Origin: Nitrospirota bacterium
Lineage (GTDB): Bacteria; Nitrospirota; UBA9217
Direction of reading: 5' to 3'
DNA length: 64,000 nt
NCBI GenBank assembly: GCA_963751455.1
Contig: CAVVUN010000009.1
Location: 128,001-192,000, forward strand
Shown here one piece after another: positions 47,722 through 59,410 of the stretch. The notes under the pieces are model-generated. The model made no database searches. It was not told the origin of the DNA and worked only from the letters and a program-made list of their open reading frames with translations. The position numbers and the translations under genes are program-made. Each line of letters starts with the position of its first letter. Position 1 is the first letter of the stretch.

Positions 47722-47854
47722 GATGCATTCGTAAAAAGTCGTCTCCCCGGTGAAAACCGGGGTCCAGTAAACATTGAACTCATTGAAAAGACTGGATACC
47801 GGCTTTCGCCGGTATGACGAAATAGGGCTTATTCTGACTTCTTACGATTTCATC
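47722..47854. mobile_element. MITE family D with paired internal hairpins
   Basis: 19-bp imperfect TIRs GATGCATTCGTAAAAAGTC / GACTTCTTACGATTTCATC; 6-bp AAAATT duplication. Confidence 0.7.
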
Positions 47855-47933
47855 AAAATTGCGTCGCGTTTGAAATTTGATGTGTTGGAATTTATTTGGG
47901 ATTTGGCATTTGTAATTTGGAATTTAAGACAGT

Positions 47934-49742
47934 ATGTCCAGTAAGAACATCAGAAATTTCTGCATCATCGCTCATATTGATCACGGAAAGTCGACTCTTG
48001 CAGACAGAATCTTGGAATATACCGGCGCGCTTTCTGACCGCGAGATGGCGGCCGCAGGCAGCGACCAGGTTCTCGATGATATGGATCTCGAACGCGAGCG
48101 GGGCATCACGATCAAGGCACATGCCGTGCGGCTCAGGTACACTGCGTCCGACGGCCAGGAATATGTTCTGAACCTTATCGATACACCCGGGCATGTAGAC
48201 TTTACGTATGAAGTTTCGCGCAGCATGGCTGCGTGCGAAGGCGCGCTGCTTGTGGTTGACGCGTCCCAGGGCGTTGAGGCGCAGACCCTCGCCAACGCGT
48301 ACCTTGCCATCGACCATAATCTCGAGATAGTTCCGGTAATCAACAAGATCGACCTACCGAGCGCCGACATCGAAGAAGTGAAACACCAGATTGAGGACAT
48401 GGTCGGGCTTGATTCCTCAGGCGCGATTCCGACAAGCGCCAAGGCGGGTATCGGGACCAAAGAAGTGCTCGAGGCGGTCGTAAAAAGAATTCCCCCGCCG
48501 TCGGGAAAAACAGACGGTCCGTTCCGTGCCCTTCTGTTCGACTCCTGGTACGATACCTACCAGGGTGTGGTCATCCTGGTCAGGGTCGTGGACGGGGCCG
48601 TACGGCCGAAGATGAAGATCAAATTGAATTCAACCGGCGCCGTATACGAGGTCCAGTCGGTCGGGATTTTTACGCCGAAGCTGCAAACGACGACGGAACT
48701 CGCGCAGGGCGACGTGGGATGCATCATTGCAGGCATCAAGAGAGTTTCGGACGCCAAGATCGGCGATACCGTCATGGACGCCGAACAGGCTGCCGCGCCG
48801 CTGCCCGGGTATAAAGAGGTGAAGCCCATGGTCTTCGCCGGCCTTTACCCGGTTATCAGTGACGATTACGCTGACCTGCGGGACGCGCTCGAGAAACTGC
48901 GGCTGAACGATTCGTCCTTCAGCTATGAGCCGGAGACCTCGCTTGCGTTGGGCTTCGGCTTCCGTTGCGGATTCCTGGGGCTTCTGCACATGGACATCGT
49001 GAAGGAACGGCTGGAGCGTGAGTTCCAGCTCGACCTTATTCCCACCGCGCCCACGGTCGTTTACCGGGTGACGAAGAATAACGGCGAAATCGTGATGGTG
49101 GACAATCCTTCAACGCTGCCGGGGATACAGGAAATCCAGCGCATCGAGGAGCCGATCATTATGGCCTCGCTAATCACGCCTGAACAGTATATCGGGTCGC
49201 TCATCGCGTTATGCCAGGAGCGGCGAGGAATTCAGAAGGAGATCACGTATATTACCAAGGACCGGGTGCTCCTCAGCTACGAGCTCCCCCTGAATGAGAT
49301 CGTCATGGATTTCTACGATAAGCTCAAATCCCTGACCAAGGGCTATGCTTCGCTTGATTATGACTTATCGGGATATCAGGAATCCGATCTGGTCAAACTC
49401 GACATGCTTCTGAACGGGGAGCCGGTCGACGCGCTGTCGCTCATCACGCACCGGGAAAAGGCTGCGATTCGCGGCAGACAGCTGGCGGAAAAACTGAAGG
49501 AAGTCATCCCGCGCCAGATGTACGAAGTGGTGATCCAGGCGGCAATCGGCGCAAAGATCATCGCCCGTGAGACGGTCAGGGCTCTTCGCAAGGATGTAAC
49601 GGCAAAGTGCTACGGGGGCGATATAACCAGGAAACGCAAACTTCTGGAAAAACAGAAGGAAGGCAAAAAGCGGATGAAGCAGGTCGGAAGCGTGGAACTG
49701 CCGCAGGAAGCGTTTCTCGCGGTGCTGAAGGTAGGAGAGTAG
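47934..49742 (+). CDS. lepA: Elongation factor 4 (LepA)
   Basis: [35 protein letters not shown] and [10 protein letters not shown] motifs. Confidence 0.98.
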   Translation: MSSKNIRNFCIIAHIDHGKSTLADRILEYTGALSDREMAAAGSDQVLDDMDLERERGITIKAHAVRLRYTASDGQEYVLNLIDTPGHVDFTYEVSRSMAACEGALLVVDASQGVEAQTLANAYLAIDHNLEIVPVINKIDLPSADIEEVKHQIEDMVGLDSSGAIPTSAKAGIGTKEVLEAVVKRIPPPSGKTDGPFRALLFDSWYDTYQGVVILVRVVDGAVRPKMKIKLNSTGAVYEVQSVGIFTPKLQTTTELAQGDVGCIIAGIKRVSDAKIGDTVMDAEQAAAPLPGYKEVKPMVFAGLYPVISDDYADLRDALEKLRLNDSSFSYEPETSLALGFGFRCGFLGLLHMDIVKERLEREFQLDLIPTAPTVVYRVTKNNGEIVMVDNPSTLPGIQEIQRIEEPIIMASLITPEQYIGSLIALCQERRGIQKEITYITKDRVLLSYELPLNEIVMDFYDKLKSLTKGYASLDYDLSGYQESDLVKLDMLLNGEPVDALSLITHREKAAIRGRQLAEKLKEVIPRQMYEVVIQAAIGAKIIARETVRALRKDVTAKCYGGDITRKRKLLEKQKEGKKRMKQVGSVELPQEAFLAVLKVGE

Positions 49743-49751
49743 AGCCAATAG

Positions 49752-49845
49752 AATTGTAAATTGCAAATTGGAAATTGAAGATTGTATTTGCGGTGAGGAT
49801 CTTTAATTTTTCATTTTCCAATTTTCAATTTCAAATTTACAATTG
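49752..49845. repeat. Palindromic 7-nt-unit array
   Basis: AATTGTA AATTGCA AATTGGA AATTGAA ... TTTTCCA ATTTTCA ATTTCAA ATTTACA. Confidence 0.75.
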
Positions 49846-49872
49846 CGGACTCGTGGTCCGCACGGAGGTCTG

Positions 49873-50580
49873 ATGCCCGAGGCACAGCCGGAAAATAAAA
49901 AAAAGAAGTCTCTTTATAAGGAATGGATCGAACCGTTCCTTATTGCAGCAGTCGTCGCCCTGTTTATAAGGCAGTTCGCGGTAGAGGCCTTCAAAATACC
50001 GTCCGGATCCATGATCCCGACACTTACCATCGGCGACCATCTGCTCGTAAATAAATTCATTTATGGTCCCAGGATTCCCTTTACCGACAGCAGGATATTC
50101 AACTGGAAGGAACCGAAGCGCGGGGACATCATAGTATTCAAATATCCCGAGAATGAAGACAAAAATTTCATCAAACGGGTCGTTGGATTGCCCGGAGACA
50201 AAATTGAGATAAAGAACGGGAAGCTTTTTCTCAACGACGCGCCCGTACCGGTCACGGAAGCCGGCATGTATGACGGCAAGGAGCAGACATCGGGGTTTCC
50301 CTATTACGCCAAGCCGAAGCTCCTGGACGAGCAACTGGGCATCGTAAAGCACCGCATCATGTATTTGCGCGACCAGGCCGGTTACAATTTCGGACCGAAA
50401 ATCGTGCCTCCGGAATCGGTCTTTGTAATGGGCGATAACCGTGACAACAGCCAGGACAGCCGGGTTTGGGGATTTGTTAAATTCAACAAGATCCTCGGCA
50501 GGGCGCTTATTATTTACTGGTCATGGGACGGCAACGGCAGATGGGTGCGATGGGAGCGGCTCGGCACGCTGATAAAATAA
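49873..50580 (+). CDS. lepB: Signal peptidase I
   Basis: IPSGSMIPTL, FIKRVVGLPGD and GDNRDNSQDSR motifs; GGAGG RBS. Confidence 0.96.
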   Translation: MPEAQPENKKKKSLYKEWIEPFLIAAVVALFIRQFAVEAFKIPSGSMIPTLTIGDHLLVNKFIYGPRIPFTDSRIFNWKEPKRGDIIVFKYPENEDKNFIKRVVGLPGDKIEIKNGKLFLNDAPVPVTEAGMYDGKEQTSGFPYYAKPKLLDEQLGIVKHRIMYLRDQAGYNFGPKIVPPESVFVMGDNRDNSQDSRVWGFVKFNKILGRALIIYWSWDGNGRWVRWERLGTLIK

Positions 50581-50594
50581 CCAGGGAGGGTGGC

Positions 50595-50978
50595 ATGGCT
50601 TTTTTCTCAGACCAAAAGGGAGCGAGCAGGCTGAAAGTACTGCTTATTCTGGTTGTATTGTTCCTCGCTATTCATTCCGGAATGAAAGTATTGTCCATGT
50701 ACATGGATTTTGAACGGATGCACGACGAGATGAAAATGAAGGCCGGTCTTGCTCAGATATTGAAGGACGATGAGATACTGAGAGACCTGGTACAAAAAGC
50801 CGAAGAGCTTGATCTGCCCCTGACAAAGGAAAGCTTCGTTCTCAGGAGAGACGAGGAACATCGCAGAATGTATGTCAGCACGCAGTGGGACGTTGAAGTC
50901 CATTTTCTCTGGGGGGCATATATCCGCACGTTCCATTTCGCTCCTGCTGTCGATGAAAATTTCATGAGCGTACGGTAA
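50595..50978 (+). CDS. DUF4845-like single-TM protein
   Basis: QKG then hydrophobic helix; position after lepB. Confidence 0.7.
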   Translation: MAFFSDQKGASRLKVLLILVVLFLAIHSGMKVLSMYMDFERMHDEMKMKAGLAQILKDDEILRDLVQKAEELDLPLTKESFVLRRDEEHRRMYVSTQWDVEVHFLWGAYIRTFHFAPAVDENFMSVR

Positions 50979-50987
50979 GCGGCTGAT

Positions 50988-51016
50988 TTGACAATTCGAG
51001 GCCGGCGGCGTAGTAT
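50988..51016 (+). promoter_or_regulatory. Sigma70 promoter for yicC-remA-gmk
   Basis: TTGACA-17 nt-TAGTAT. Confidence 0.55.
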
Positions 51017-51038
51017 TTCCGGCGATAAGGCGGTGCTC

Positions 51039-51917
51039 GTGATACGCAGCATGACGGGATACGGCAGGCGCGAAGTAACCGCGGCCGGCATCCGATTTAC
51101 GATAGAAGCGAGGTCTGTAAACAACCGGTACATCGACGTCCAGGTAAAGGTCCCGAGGACGCTCGCTGTTCTGGAAGCCCGCTTCAAAAAGGCCGTTCAG
51201 GACCGCTTTTCAAGGGGCCGCTTTGATCTGTTCGTAAACCGTAACGCGGGGCAGACGAGTACCGGAAGGCTTGCTCTTGATGAGGCCCTCGCCGGGGAAT
51301 ATATCGCGGTTCTCAAACAAATGCGGGACCGCTTCAATTTAGGCGGCGCCGTGGACCTTTCTTTGGTTGCCGGGCTGCAGGGCCTGATCACGGTCTCGGA
51401 GGAAAAAGAAGATACGGAAGCTCTCTGGCCGGCACTCGCCGAAGGCCTGGCGCAGGCCCTCAACGAGTTGGACCGGATGCGGGGTGAAGAAGGGCAGGCG
51501 CTTCTCAAGGACATGGCGCTTCGTCTCGATTCTGTTAATTCGCTGATCCGGGAAATCAGGACTCTTTCTCCGCTGACGGTGGAGACTGCGCGGAAGAGGA
51601 TGGCTGAAACGCTGAACAGGCTCATGAACGAACAGCCGGACCCGGTCAGACTGGCGCAGGAGATTGCCATCCTGGCGGAACGAACGGATGTGACCGAGGA
51701 ACTCACAAGACTTGACAGTCATCTTGTTCAATTCAGGTCGCTTCTGGGGGCCATGAGCGAGCCGGTCGGAAGAAAACTGGATTTTCTTCTGCAGGAGATG
51801 GGACGGGAAGCGAACACTATTGCATCGAAAGCCATGGACGCAGCCATTTCGTACAAAGTGGTGACGATTAAAGCAGAGCTCGAGAAGATCAGGGAACAGG
51901 CACAGAACATTGAATGA
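51039..51917 (+). CDS. yicC: YicC/YloC endoribonuclease
   Basis: [32 protein letters not shown] and REQAQNIE motifs. Confidence 0.93.
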   Translation: MIRSMTGYGRREVTAAGIRFTIEARSVNNRYIDVQVKVPRTLAVLEARFKKAVQDRFSRGRFDLFVNRNAGQTSTGRLALDEALAGEYIAVLKQMRDRFNLGGAVDLSLVAGLQGLITVSEEKEDTEALWPALAEGLAQALNELDRMRGEEGQALLKDMALRLDSVNSLIREIRTLSPLTVETARKRMAETLNRLMNEQPDPVRLAQEIAILAERTDVTEELTRLDSHLVQFRSLLGAMSEPVGRKLDFLLQEMGREANTIASKAMDAAISYKVVTIKAELEKIREQAQNIE

Positions 51918-52165
51918 CCCATACTCTCGTTAATATCGGGTACGGAAACATGGTAATGGCCACCAAGGTCGTTGCGGTCCTTTCACCCGATTCTGCGCCC
52001 ATGCGCCGTCTGAAGGATGAGGCCAGGGAGCGGAAGATGCTCCTGGATGCCACGCAGGGAAGAAAGACGCGCGCCATTATTATTACGGACAGCGACCACG
52101 TGATTCTGTCGGCTGTCCAGGTCGAAACTCTGATGCAGAGATTTACCGGACGGGGTGAGGAATGA
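51914..52165 (+). CDS. remA: RemA / DUF370-family protein
   Basis: [28 protein letters not shown]. Confidence 0.9.
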   Translation: MTHTLVNIGYGNMVMATKVVAVLSPDSAPMRRLKDEARERKMLLDATQGRKTRAIIITDSDHVILSAVQVETLMQRFTGRGEE

Positions 52166-52776
52166 GAAGAAGGCAGGGATTGCTCTTCGTCGTATCCGCA
52201 CCGTCGGGGGCCGGCAAAACGAGCCTCTGCCGCGCGGTGACGGATTCTGTGGAGAACTTGAGACATTCGATCTCGTTCACCACGCGAAAACCGAGGCCGG
52301 GAGAAACAGACGGCAGAGATTATTATTTCATTTCAGAAGACCGCTTCCAGGAGATGATCCGGGCGGGCGACTTTGCTGAATGGGCCGAGGTCCATTCGAA
52401 TTTTTACGGAACTTCACGACGTGTTCTCGATGATATGCGTTCCGAAGGACTGGACGTGATCCTGGACATCGATACCCAGGGTGCAAAACAGATCCAGGCA
52501 AAATATCAGGGACAGGCCGTTTTCATCTTTATCATGCCGCCATCGCTCGGTATACTCGAAGAGCGGCTTCGCAACCGAAACTCAGAGCAGGAGGCCGAGA
52601 TAAAGAAAAGGATGGCGCGTGCAAGCGGTGAAATCAGGGATTTTTCCCTGTACGGCTACGTCATTGTGAACAGGGACTTCGAACGCGCCCTTCTGGAGCT
52701 TCGCTCGATCATAACGGCCGAGCGCAGCAAAACATCGCTGATCGACCGCACCTGGATAGAAGGACTCATATCCTGA
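52162..52776 (+). CDS. gmk: Guanylate kinase
   Basis: [17 protein letters not shown] and DIDTQGA motifs. Confidence 0.97.
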   Translation: MRRRQGLLFVVSAPSGAGKTSLCRAVTDSVENLRHSISFTTRKPRPGETDGRDYYFISEDRFQEMIRAGDFAEWAEVHSNFYGTSRRVLDDMRSEGLDVILDIDTQGAKQIQAKYQGQAVFIFIMPPSLGILEERLRNRNSEQEAEIKKRMARASGEIRDFSLYGYVIVNRDFERALLELRSIITAERSKTSLIDRTWIEGLIS

Positions 52777-52879
52777 GCTGGCATGGAAAATTATAAACCC
52801 GCTCCTGCGAGGACGCGGGCGTAAAAGTACAAATACGGTAATCGAAAAAAATCAGCAGAAATCTACCAGGAGGTGACTA

Positions 52880-53326
52880 ATGCAACAACCGCAAGCTCAA
52901 GACATAATATCGCTGCCGATCGAGCTCAACGATAGGATCAGCGACACAAAATTCCGTCTGGTGCATATCGCAGCCCAGCGCGTGCGCCAATTGTCCGGGG
53001 GAGCGTCGCTGCTCGTTTCCACCAGATCCATCAAGGATTCGACGATAGCGCTCGAGGAAACCCTGCTCGGCAAATTCAAGGTAATAGTCGGCGAAGAAGC
53101 CCAGACGGCAAAAGAGGAGTTCCGAAAACGCGAGGAACGCGCGCGCATGGAGGAACAGCTGTCGGCCAAGGAAGAAGAGATCCGAAAGGAACTCAGCGCC
53201 TATCTCTCCGAAAGCCAGAGCGAGGAAGGGACTGAAGAAGCTTCGCTCGATGAATCCGGGGACGGAGGCATGCCCGAGGAAGAAGCGCCCGAGGAAGAGG
53301 ATACGGTCGAAGAACCGGGAGAATAG
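52880..53326 (+). CDS. rpoZ: RNA polymerase omega subunit with charged C-terminal extension
   Basis: KFRLVHIAAQRVRQL..IALEE; located between gmk and coaBC. Confidence 0.88.
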   Translation: MQQPQAQDIISLPIELNDRISDTKFRLVHIAAQRVRQLSGGASLLVSTRSIKDSTIALEETLLGKFKVIVGEEAQTAKEEFRKREERARMEEQLSAKEEEIRKELSAYLSESQSEEGTEEASLDESGDGGMPEEEAPEEEDTVEEPGE

Positions 53327-53331
53327 CAGAC

Positions 53332-54540
53332 GTGGAACAATCGGGCAACCTGCACGGGAAAAAAGTGCTGCTCGGCGTCTCCGGCAGCATTGCCGCGTAT
53401 AAGGCCATCGAAATTCTGCGAAGACTCAGGGATTCCGGCGCAGACGTCCGTGTGGTTATGACAGGAAACGCCGAACGCTTCGTTTCGCGGTTAACCTTCG
53501 AGACACTGAGCGGACATGCCGTACCAAGCGCCGATTTCGGCGCAGGAGACCCTACGGCTATAGAGCATATCGACAGCACGAACGCCCTGGATGTCGCGCT
53601 TGTCGCGCCCGCGACTGCGAACATCATAGGAAAAATAGCCGCAGGTATTGCGGACGATGCCCTGACCACCGCGGTAACAGCACTGGATTGCCCGCTTTTA
53701 ATCGCACCCGCCATGAACGACCGAATGTACCGCAATCAGATCGTACAGAAAAATATTTCTTTTTTGAAAGGGCAGGGTGTACGATTTATAGAGCCCGCGA
53801 CGGGCGCGCTTGCATGCGGTACGACCGGACAGGGGAGGCTGGTAGAGATAGAAACGGTCATGCAGTCAATCCGGTCGTCATTATCGAGGCGCGATATGTC
53901 AGGCGTAACCGTTCTGGTTACGGCCGGTCCTACCCGTGAACCGATTGACGCGGTACGGTATATCAGCAATCCGTCCTCCGGCAAGATGGGATACGCGATC
54001 GCCGCTGCTGCCCGGGACAGAGGTGCAACCGTTGTTCTTATTTCCGGCCCGACGCAAATCGCGCCGCCTGCCGGCATAACCGTAATACAGGTTACGAGCG
54101 CTGATCAAATGTATAAGGCCGTTATGGACAATGTCCAGCAGGCGGACGTCCTTATCATGGCCGCTGCTGTCTCGGATTTCAAGCCTTCTCTTTCGTCAGA
54201 CCGTAAAATAAAGAAAGAGGACGCGCCGACAACCATTCATCTTGACCGCACACAGGATATTCTGTACGCTGTCGGCAGGCTTCCGGGGAAACGGGTCCTC
54301 GTCGGATTTGCGGCCGAGACAGACGACCTGTCCGGCAATGCCCTTCGAAAGCTGAAGAACAAGAACCTTGACCTGATCGTGGCGAACGATATTTTGAAAA
54401 AAGGGGCCGCTTTCGAGTGCGATACGAACGCGGTTACGGTCATAGACCGTACCGGAACCGGAACCGAGCTGCCGCTTATGCAAAAATTGGAAATCGCCGG
54501 GTTTATTCTGGACAAGATCGTGCAAATAAGGAAAAATTAA
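53332..54540 (+). CDS. coaBC: Bifunctional phosphopantothenoylcysteine decarboxylase/ligase
   Basis: [30 protein letters not shown] and GFAAE motifs. Confidence 0.96.
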   Translation: MEQSGNLHGKKVLLGVSGSIAAYKAIEILRRLRDSGADVRVVMTGNAERFVSRLTFETLSGHAVPSADFGAGDPTAIEHIDSTNALDVALVAPATANIIGKIAAGIADDALTTAVTALDCPLLIAPAMNDRMYRNQIVQKNISFLKGQGVRFIEPATGALACGTTGQGRLVEIETVMQSIRSSLSRRDMSGVTVLVTAGPTREPIDAVRYISNPSSGKMGYAIAAAARDRGATVVLISGPTQIAPPAGITVIQVTSADQMYKAVMDNVQQADVLIMAAAVSDFKPSLSSDRKIKKEDAPTTIHLDRTQDILYAVGRLPGKRVLVGFAAETDDLSGNALRKLKNKNLDLIVANDILKKGAAFECDTNAVTVIDRTGTGTELPLMQKLEIAGFILDKIVQIRKN

Positions 54541-54597
54541 AGGATTTTACCTTGACTTTAATACCTTGTTTTTGGTAAAATTTTTTTGCCGAATTTA

Positions 54598-56094
54598 ATG
54601 AAAAGTATATTCATTCAAGATGGATTCCTCTACTACCCGGAATGCAATGGAGAGATCTCCGAAATATCAAAGTTAACAGAGCGTATTTCTAAAGATCCCC
54701 ACTCTAAGCTTTTTGTGCCGCTTGCGGAAGAATATAAAAAGGCCGGGGATTTAGAGATGTCCATCCATGTGCTGAACGAGGGACTGAAAAATAATCCCGG
54801 TTATGTGACTGCCCGGTCTTTTCTCGGCAAATTGTTGATCGAGAAGGGCGATCTGCCGGGCGCTCAGAAAGAATTTGAAGAAGTCGTAAAAGCAATTCCG
54901 GAAAATCTGATGGCCCAGAGGAAGCTCTCTGATCTCTACGCCCTTCAGGACAGGCGGAATGACTCGCTTGAACATTATAAAATAGCTTTATCGCTCAATC
55001 CGCGCGATCAGGACGTGGCGTCCCTGGTTTCGGACATAGAAGCAGGCCACGATGTCAAGCCGCGGCTTCAGAAAAAGATACCGGTAGGAGAGCCCACTCC
55101 GAAGCAAGCCGAACTGCAGCCGGCAAAAGCCGAAGCTTCAGGACCGGCAAACCCTGAAAAAAAGGCTGTGTCGGCGGCCGCAGCCGCTGCGCCGGAGGCA
55201 AAAATGGAGGAGGCTGAAGAAATTCTGGTTGTAGAGCCGCTGGAAACGTCCGTACCTCTCAGCATGGAACAGGAGCTGTCGGCTCACAATCTCGACTTTC
55301 TGGCTGAAACAGGTCATGAGTCCGGTTTCCCGTCGCAGGAACAGCAAAAAGTAGAGGAGCTCTTCGATCTCAGTCAACCCTTTGAGCAGGCGCAGCATCT
55401 GAATGAGGAAGTCGGGGAGATCGAAGTGACGGTCCCCGCCCCAGCCAGGACGGAGGCTGATGATTTTACCACCGATACTCTTGCAGAACTGTACATCTCT
55501 CAGGGTTTTTTTGAAAAAGCCGTAGAAATTTATGAGAGAATGCTTGCCGATAACCCCGACAGTCAGGGACTTAAGGACAAGCTTGCATCAGTAAGGGCGA
55601 TGGCCGCGGAATCGGGAGGCCAGGCAGAGACAAGGGAAAAGCCCGCTGCCTTTTCCCTTCCCGGGGAGTTTGCTGCGGAAGACGGCATTGCGGACATCGC
55701 GCAGGCCGGGGATTTTTCATCCGGACTGGATGATGATTTCCAGGGTGAGCCCGCCGCAGAAACCGGCACTGAGCGGTTGGAAGATTGGAACGAACCTGTA
55801 CCGTCTGAACAGTCTTTGAGTAAGCCGGAATCCGAGTTTGCAGGAACCGAATCAGCAAAGCCGAAGCCGTTTGATGCATCATTTGAGCCGGTCGAGTACG
55901 TGCCGCCGGACGCCGTTCCTCAGAAGCAGGCCGCGCAGGGTGGGAAAAAAACCCAACCGATTACGGATGAGAGCAATACGGATTTAAGCGATCGGCAGGC
56001 GCATGTAAAAGAACGAACGCATTCGCCAGGCGGCAGAAAAGAGACCATTGACCGGCTGGAAAACTGGCTACAGAATATCATGAAGGAGAAATAA
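54598..56094 (+). CDS. TPR protein with long acidic linker regions
   Basis: N-terminal TPRs (FVPLAEEY..AG) and internal TDTLAELYISQG TPR; start uncertain; TTGACT...TAAAAT promoter-like site just upstream. Confidence 0.85.
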   Translation: MKSIFIQDGFLYYPECNGEISEISKLTERISKDPHSKLFVPLAEEYKKAGDLEMSIHVLNEGLKNNPGYVTARSFLGKLLIEKGDLPGAQKEFEEVVKAIPENLMAQRKLSDLYALQDRRNDSLEHYKIALSLNPRDQDVASLVSDIEAGHDVKPRLQKKIPVGEPTPKQAELQPAKAEASGPANPEKKAVSAAAAAAPEAKMEEAEEILVVEPLETSVPLSMEQELSAHNLDFLAETGHESGFPSQEQQKVEELFDLSQPFEQAQHLNEEVGEIEVTVPAPARTEADDFTTDTLAELYISQGFFEKAVEIYERMLADNPDSQGLKDKLASVRAMAAESGGQAETREKPAAFSLPGEFAAEDGIADIAQAGDFSSGLDDDFQGEPAAETGTERLEDWNEPVPSEQSLSKPESEFAGTESAKPKPFDASFEPVEYVPPDAVPQKQAAQGGKKTQPITDESNTDLSDRQAHVKERTHSPGGRKETIDRLENWLQNIMKEK

Positions 56095-56451
56095 ATGTCC
56101 TTTTCCGGTATCCTGAAAGAAGTGGTGAACAATACGGAAGGGGCGCTCGGTGCTCTTATAGTCGGGCTCGATGGAATTCCCGTCGAACAGTATTCCACGA
56201 ACAGTGAGATAGACATTCAATCGATGACCGTGGAATACTCGTCGCTTCTGAAGGAAATCGAAAAAGGTTCGCAGGCGGCCCATCTGGGGTCAACCAAGGA
56301 AGTGACCGTTATCGCCGACAAGGCCATGATTATGCTGCGCCGTCTCACTGAAGAATATTTTTTCGTTCTTATCATACGGCCGGAGGGAAATTTCGGAAAG
56401 GGCAGATTCCTTCTCAGAATGTCGGTTCCCAAGATCCTCAGGGAATTTTAA
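56095..56451 (+). CDS. Roadblock/LC7 (MglB-like) protein
   Basis: GALIVGLDGIPV and GNFGKGRF motifs. Confidence 0.85.
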   Translation: MSFSGILKEVVNNTEGALGALIVGLDGIPVEQYSTNSEIDIQSMTVEYSSLLKEIEKGSQAAHLGSTKEVTVIADKAMIMLRRLTEEYFFVLIIRPEGNFGKGRFLLRMSVPKILREF

Positions 56452-56483
56452 ATAGTTGTATTGCTCCTGCTCAGGGTCACTCT

Positions 56484-56615
56484 GTAAACTCCGTTAGAGT
56501 CATTCCGTAAGCGATAGTTACCGCAAACCAGCATCTATAACGATGGCATGAATCGACGAAGCGGCTGCTGGCTGCTGCTTGATCTAACGGCGTAAACTGC
56601 CTCAGGCAGTTTTTT
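56484..56615. repeat. Small CCGTTAGA...TCTAACGG palindromic element followed by a terminator-like hairpin
   Basis: IR at 56491-56498 / 56583-56590; GTAAACT on both sides; AAACTGCC-TCA-GGCAGTTT plus T run. Confidence 0.6.
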
Positions 56616-56633
56616 GTTTTGAACGGGGGTATT

Positions 56634-57077
56634 ATGAAAATTCTGGTCATGCACGGGCCCAATTTGAATCTTCTCGGAAAGCGCGAGCCGGACATCTACG
56701 GCCACGTCACCCTTGATGACATCAACGCTGCTCTCTCCGGCCTTGCAGGGGAACTTGGAGTAGCTGTGGCTTTTTTCCAATCGAACCACGAGGGAGAACT
56801 CGTTCAGAAGATCCAGGATGCAATGGGAGTGTATGACGCAATCGTAATTAACCCCGGCGCCTATACTCATACAAGCGTTGCGCTGCGGGACGCGATTTCG
56901 TCAACAGCAATACCTGCCGTGGAAGCGCATATTTCGAACATTTACCGTCGTGAAGAGTTCCGGAAGCATTCTTACATCTCGGGCGTCGCTGTGGGACAGA
57001 TCACGGGTTTCGGCGCGGAAAGCTACCTCCTGGCGCTCCGGGCGGCCGTCGGCTGCGTCAAGGACAGCGGAAAATGA
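56634..57077 (+). CDS. aroQ: Type II 3-dehydroquinate dehydratase
   Basis: [29 protein letters not shown] and HISN motifs. Confidence 0.96.
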   Translation: MKILVMHGPNLNLLGKREPDIYGHVTLDDINAALSGLAGELGVAVAFFQSNHEGELVQKIQDAMGVYDAIVINPGAYTHTSVALRDAISSTAIPAVEAHISNIYRREEFRKHSYISGVAVGQITGFGAESYLLALRAAVGCVKDSGK

Positions 57078-58159
57078 ACAAGAGGCGCGAACAAATCCGT
57101 ATCAACACGCTTAAGCAGCGAATGAAGGAGCAAGGGGTTACGGCTCTTCTTGTCACAAAGCGGGAGAATGTCCGCTACTGCACCGGTTTTACGGGTTCAT
57201 CCGGAGCGGTCCTGGTGGCTTTGGGAAAGTCTCTGCTTATAACTGATTTCCGGTATAAGGTGCAGGCTGGCCTGGAAACTGCCGGTGTGGAGATTCTGAT
57301 ACAGAAAAAGGATTTCCCCGCCGCTTTGCAGGAGGCCGCCGCGAAAGAGGGTGTCGATATCATCTGGTTCGATGAATCCTCGTTGACAATCGAAGCACTG
57401 AAGAAGCTCCGGAAACAGGGGCTCAGGCTTAAAGGGCACCGGGACCTTGTCGGGGAACTGAGGCAGCAGAAAGATAAGCAGGAACTGAAGAGTATACGCG
57501 AAGCAATCCGGCGGGCTGAAGAATCTTTCCGGGAATTGAAAAAATATATACGGCCGGGCGCGCGCGAGCGCGACCTTGCGATCAGGCTCGAGTTCCTTAT
57601 GCGCGAGAAAGGCGCCCGCAAGGCCGCCTTTGACTCTATAATAGCATCCGGAAAGAACGGCGCCATGCCGCACGCTACTGTCACGGAACGGCGGATCAAA
57701 ACCGGCGATATGGTGACCTTCGACTTCGGCGCGGAGGCCGACGGGTATTTTTGCGACATCACGAGAACGTATTGCATCGGCCGCCCCACAGCCCTGCAGC
57801 GCGAAATACATGCTCTCGTTCACAAGGCTCAGGAAACGGCAATACGCAAGGTGCGTACGGGCGTAAGCTGCAAGGCCGTGGATGCGGGGGCCAGGGACGT
57901 GATACGCGAAGCGGGCCACGGTGAACATTTCGGACACGGAACGGGCCACGGTGTGGGTCTTATGGTCCATGAGAGCCCGGTCGTTTCGCCGCTTTCGCGC
58001 GATGAGGTAAAGCAGGACATGATATTCACCGTCGAACCCGGTGTTTACGTTCCGGGCTGGGGCGGTGTCAGGATCGAGGACATGGTGCTTGTGACCGGCA
58101 GCGGGGCCAAGGTGCTGACGACGCTGCCAAGGGAGCTCGAGGCTTTGAAAAGCTTGTGA
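57074..58159 (+). CDS. Xaa-Pro peptidase (M24B)
   Basis: [26 protein letters not shown] and RIED motifs. Confidence 0.93.
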   Translation: MNKRREQIRINTLKQRMKEQGVTALLVTKRENVRYCTGFTGSSGAVLVALGKSLLITDFRYKVQAGLETAGVEILIQKKDFPAALQEAAAKEGVDIIWFDESSLTIEALKKLRKQGLRLKGHRDLVGELRQQKDKQELKSIREAIRRAEESFRELKKYIRPGARERDLAIRLEFLMREKGARKAAFDSIIASGKNGAMPHATVTERRIKTGDMVTFDFGAEADGYFCDITRTYCIGRPTALQREIHALVHKAQETAIRKVRTGVSCKAVDAGARDVIREAGHGEHFGHGTGHGVGLMVHESPVVSPLSRDEVKQDMIFTVEPGVYVPGWGGVRIEDMVLVTGSGAKVLTTLPRELEALKSL

Positions 58160-58162
58160 AGA

Positions 58163-58284
58163 AATTTCAAATTACAAGCCAAATAATATTCAAAATGAAA
58201 ATTACAATGTCCAAAACGTTTGAACCGTTTCAAATTTGTTATTTGGAACTTATTTGAGATTTGGTGCTTGATATTTGGAGCTTG
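58163..58284. repeat. Palindromic 7-nt-unit array
   Basis: AATTTCA AATTACA AGCCAAA ... TTTGGAA..TTTGGTG CTTGATA TTTGGAG. Confidence 0.65.
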
Positions 58285-58326
58285 TTGTATCACATTCAGC
58301 ATATGACAAAAGGGAGGTAGCACGAA

Positions 58327-58893
58327 TTGCCGGTATCTACAGCAGAATTCAGAAACGGTTTAAAAATTGAGATTGAGGGCGAGCCATACATCATTGTGGA
58401 ATTCCAGCACGTGAAGCCCGGTAAGGGAGGCGCCTTTGTGAGGACCAAGATCAAGAGCCTCAAATCAGGGAACGTGATCGATCGGACATACCGGTCGGGA
58501 GAAAAAGTGGACGTGCCCGAATTGGAAGAAAAAACCATGCAGTACCTCTATGCCGCGGATAAGGACCGGGTTTTCATGGACACAACTTCCTACGAGCAGG
58601 TATCAATGAACGAACGGCAGTTGGGAGACAACGTCAATTACCTGAAAGAGAACATGGAGATCAAGGTCCTCTATCACAAGGGCCAGCCCATCAACGTAGA
58701 TATCCCGATGTTCGTCGAACTCGCTATAGCGAAAACCGACCCGGGGGTCCGCGGCGATACCGCCTCTGGCGGGTCCAAGCCGGCCACCCTGGAGACAGGC
58801 GCCGTCGTAAAGGTCCCGTTCTATCTCAACGAAGGCGACCTGATCAAGGTGGATACCCGGACAGGGACTTTTATCGAACGGGTCAAACGATGA
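58327..58893 (+). CDS. efp: Elongation factor P
   Basis: [19 protein letters not shown] and KPATLETG motifs; TTG start after GGAGG. Confidence 0.97.
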   Translation: MPVSTAEFRNGLKIEIEGEPYIIVEFQHVKPGKGGAFVRTKIKSLKSGNVIDRTYRSGEKVDVPELEEKTMQYLYAADKDRVFMDTTSYEQVSMNERQLGDNVNYLKENMEIKVLYHKGQPINVDIPMFVELAIAKTDPGVRGDTASGGSKPATLETGAVVKVPFYLNEGDLIKVDTRTGTFIERVKR

Positions 58894-58936
58894 GCTTTCG
58901 CGGACTTTCATCCAGCAACGGCGAAAAGGAGTAATC

Positions 58937-59410
58937 ATGAACCTCAAAGAGCTCAAGGAACTGATAGAGATGCTGAAGGATACGGACATCTCCGAACTGG
59001 AGATCGAGCGTTCCGGCGTTAAAGTGAGGCTCAGAAAGGGGGGTGATGTAACCTTCCATCCTTCCATGCCACGCATGGAATATCCGCCGGCCGCCATTGT
59101 AGCTCCTGCAGTGCCGGAAACGACCGGCCCCCCTGTGCAGGAAAAGCAGGTTGAGCCGGTCAAGACGACCCAGATCAAAGTAACCTCACCGATCGTCGGT
59201 ACCTTCTATCGTTCCAGCTCACCCGACAAACCGGCTTATGTCGAGGTGGGCAATTCCGTAAAGAAAGGCCAGGTTCTCTGTATCATAGAAGCCATGAAGC
59301 TCATGAACGAGATCGAGTCGGAGACTTCGGGAAAAATCGTGCAGGTCCTGGTGGAGAACGGCCAGCCCGTTGAATACGGACAACCGCTGTTCGTCGTGGA
59401 ACCACTGTAG
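58937..59410 (+). CDS. accB: Acetyl-CoA carboxylase biotin carboxyl carrier protein
   Basis: SPIVGTFY and EAMKLMNEI motifs. Confidence 0.97.
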   Translation: MNLKELKELIEMLKDTDISELEIERSGVKVRLRKGGDVTFHPSMPRMEYPPAAIVAPAVPETTGPPVQEKQVEPVKTTQIKVTSPIVGTFYRSSSPDKPAYVEVGNSVKKGQVLCIIEAMKLMNEIESETSGKIVQVLVENGQPVEYGQPLFVVEPL

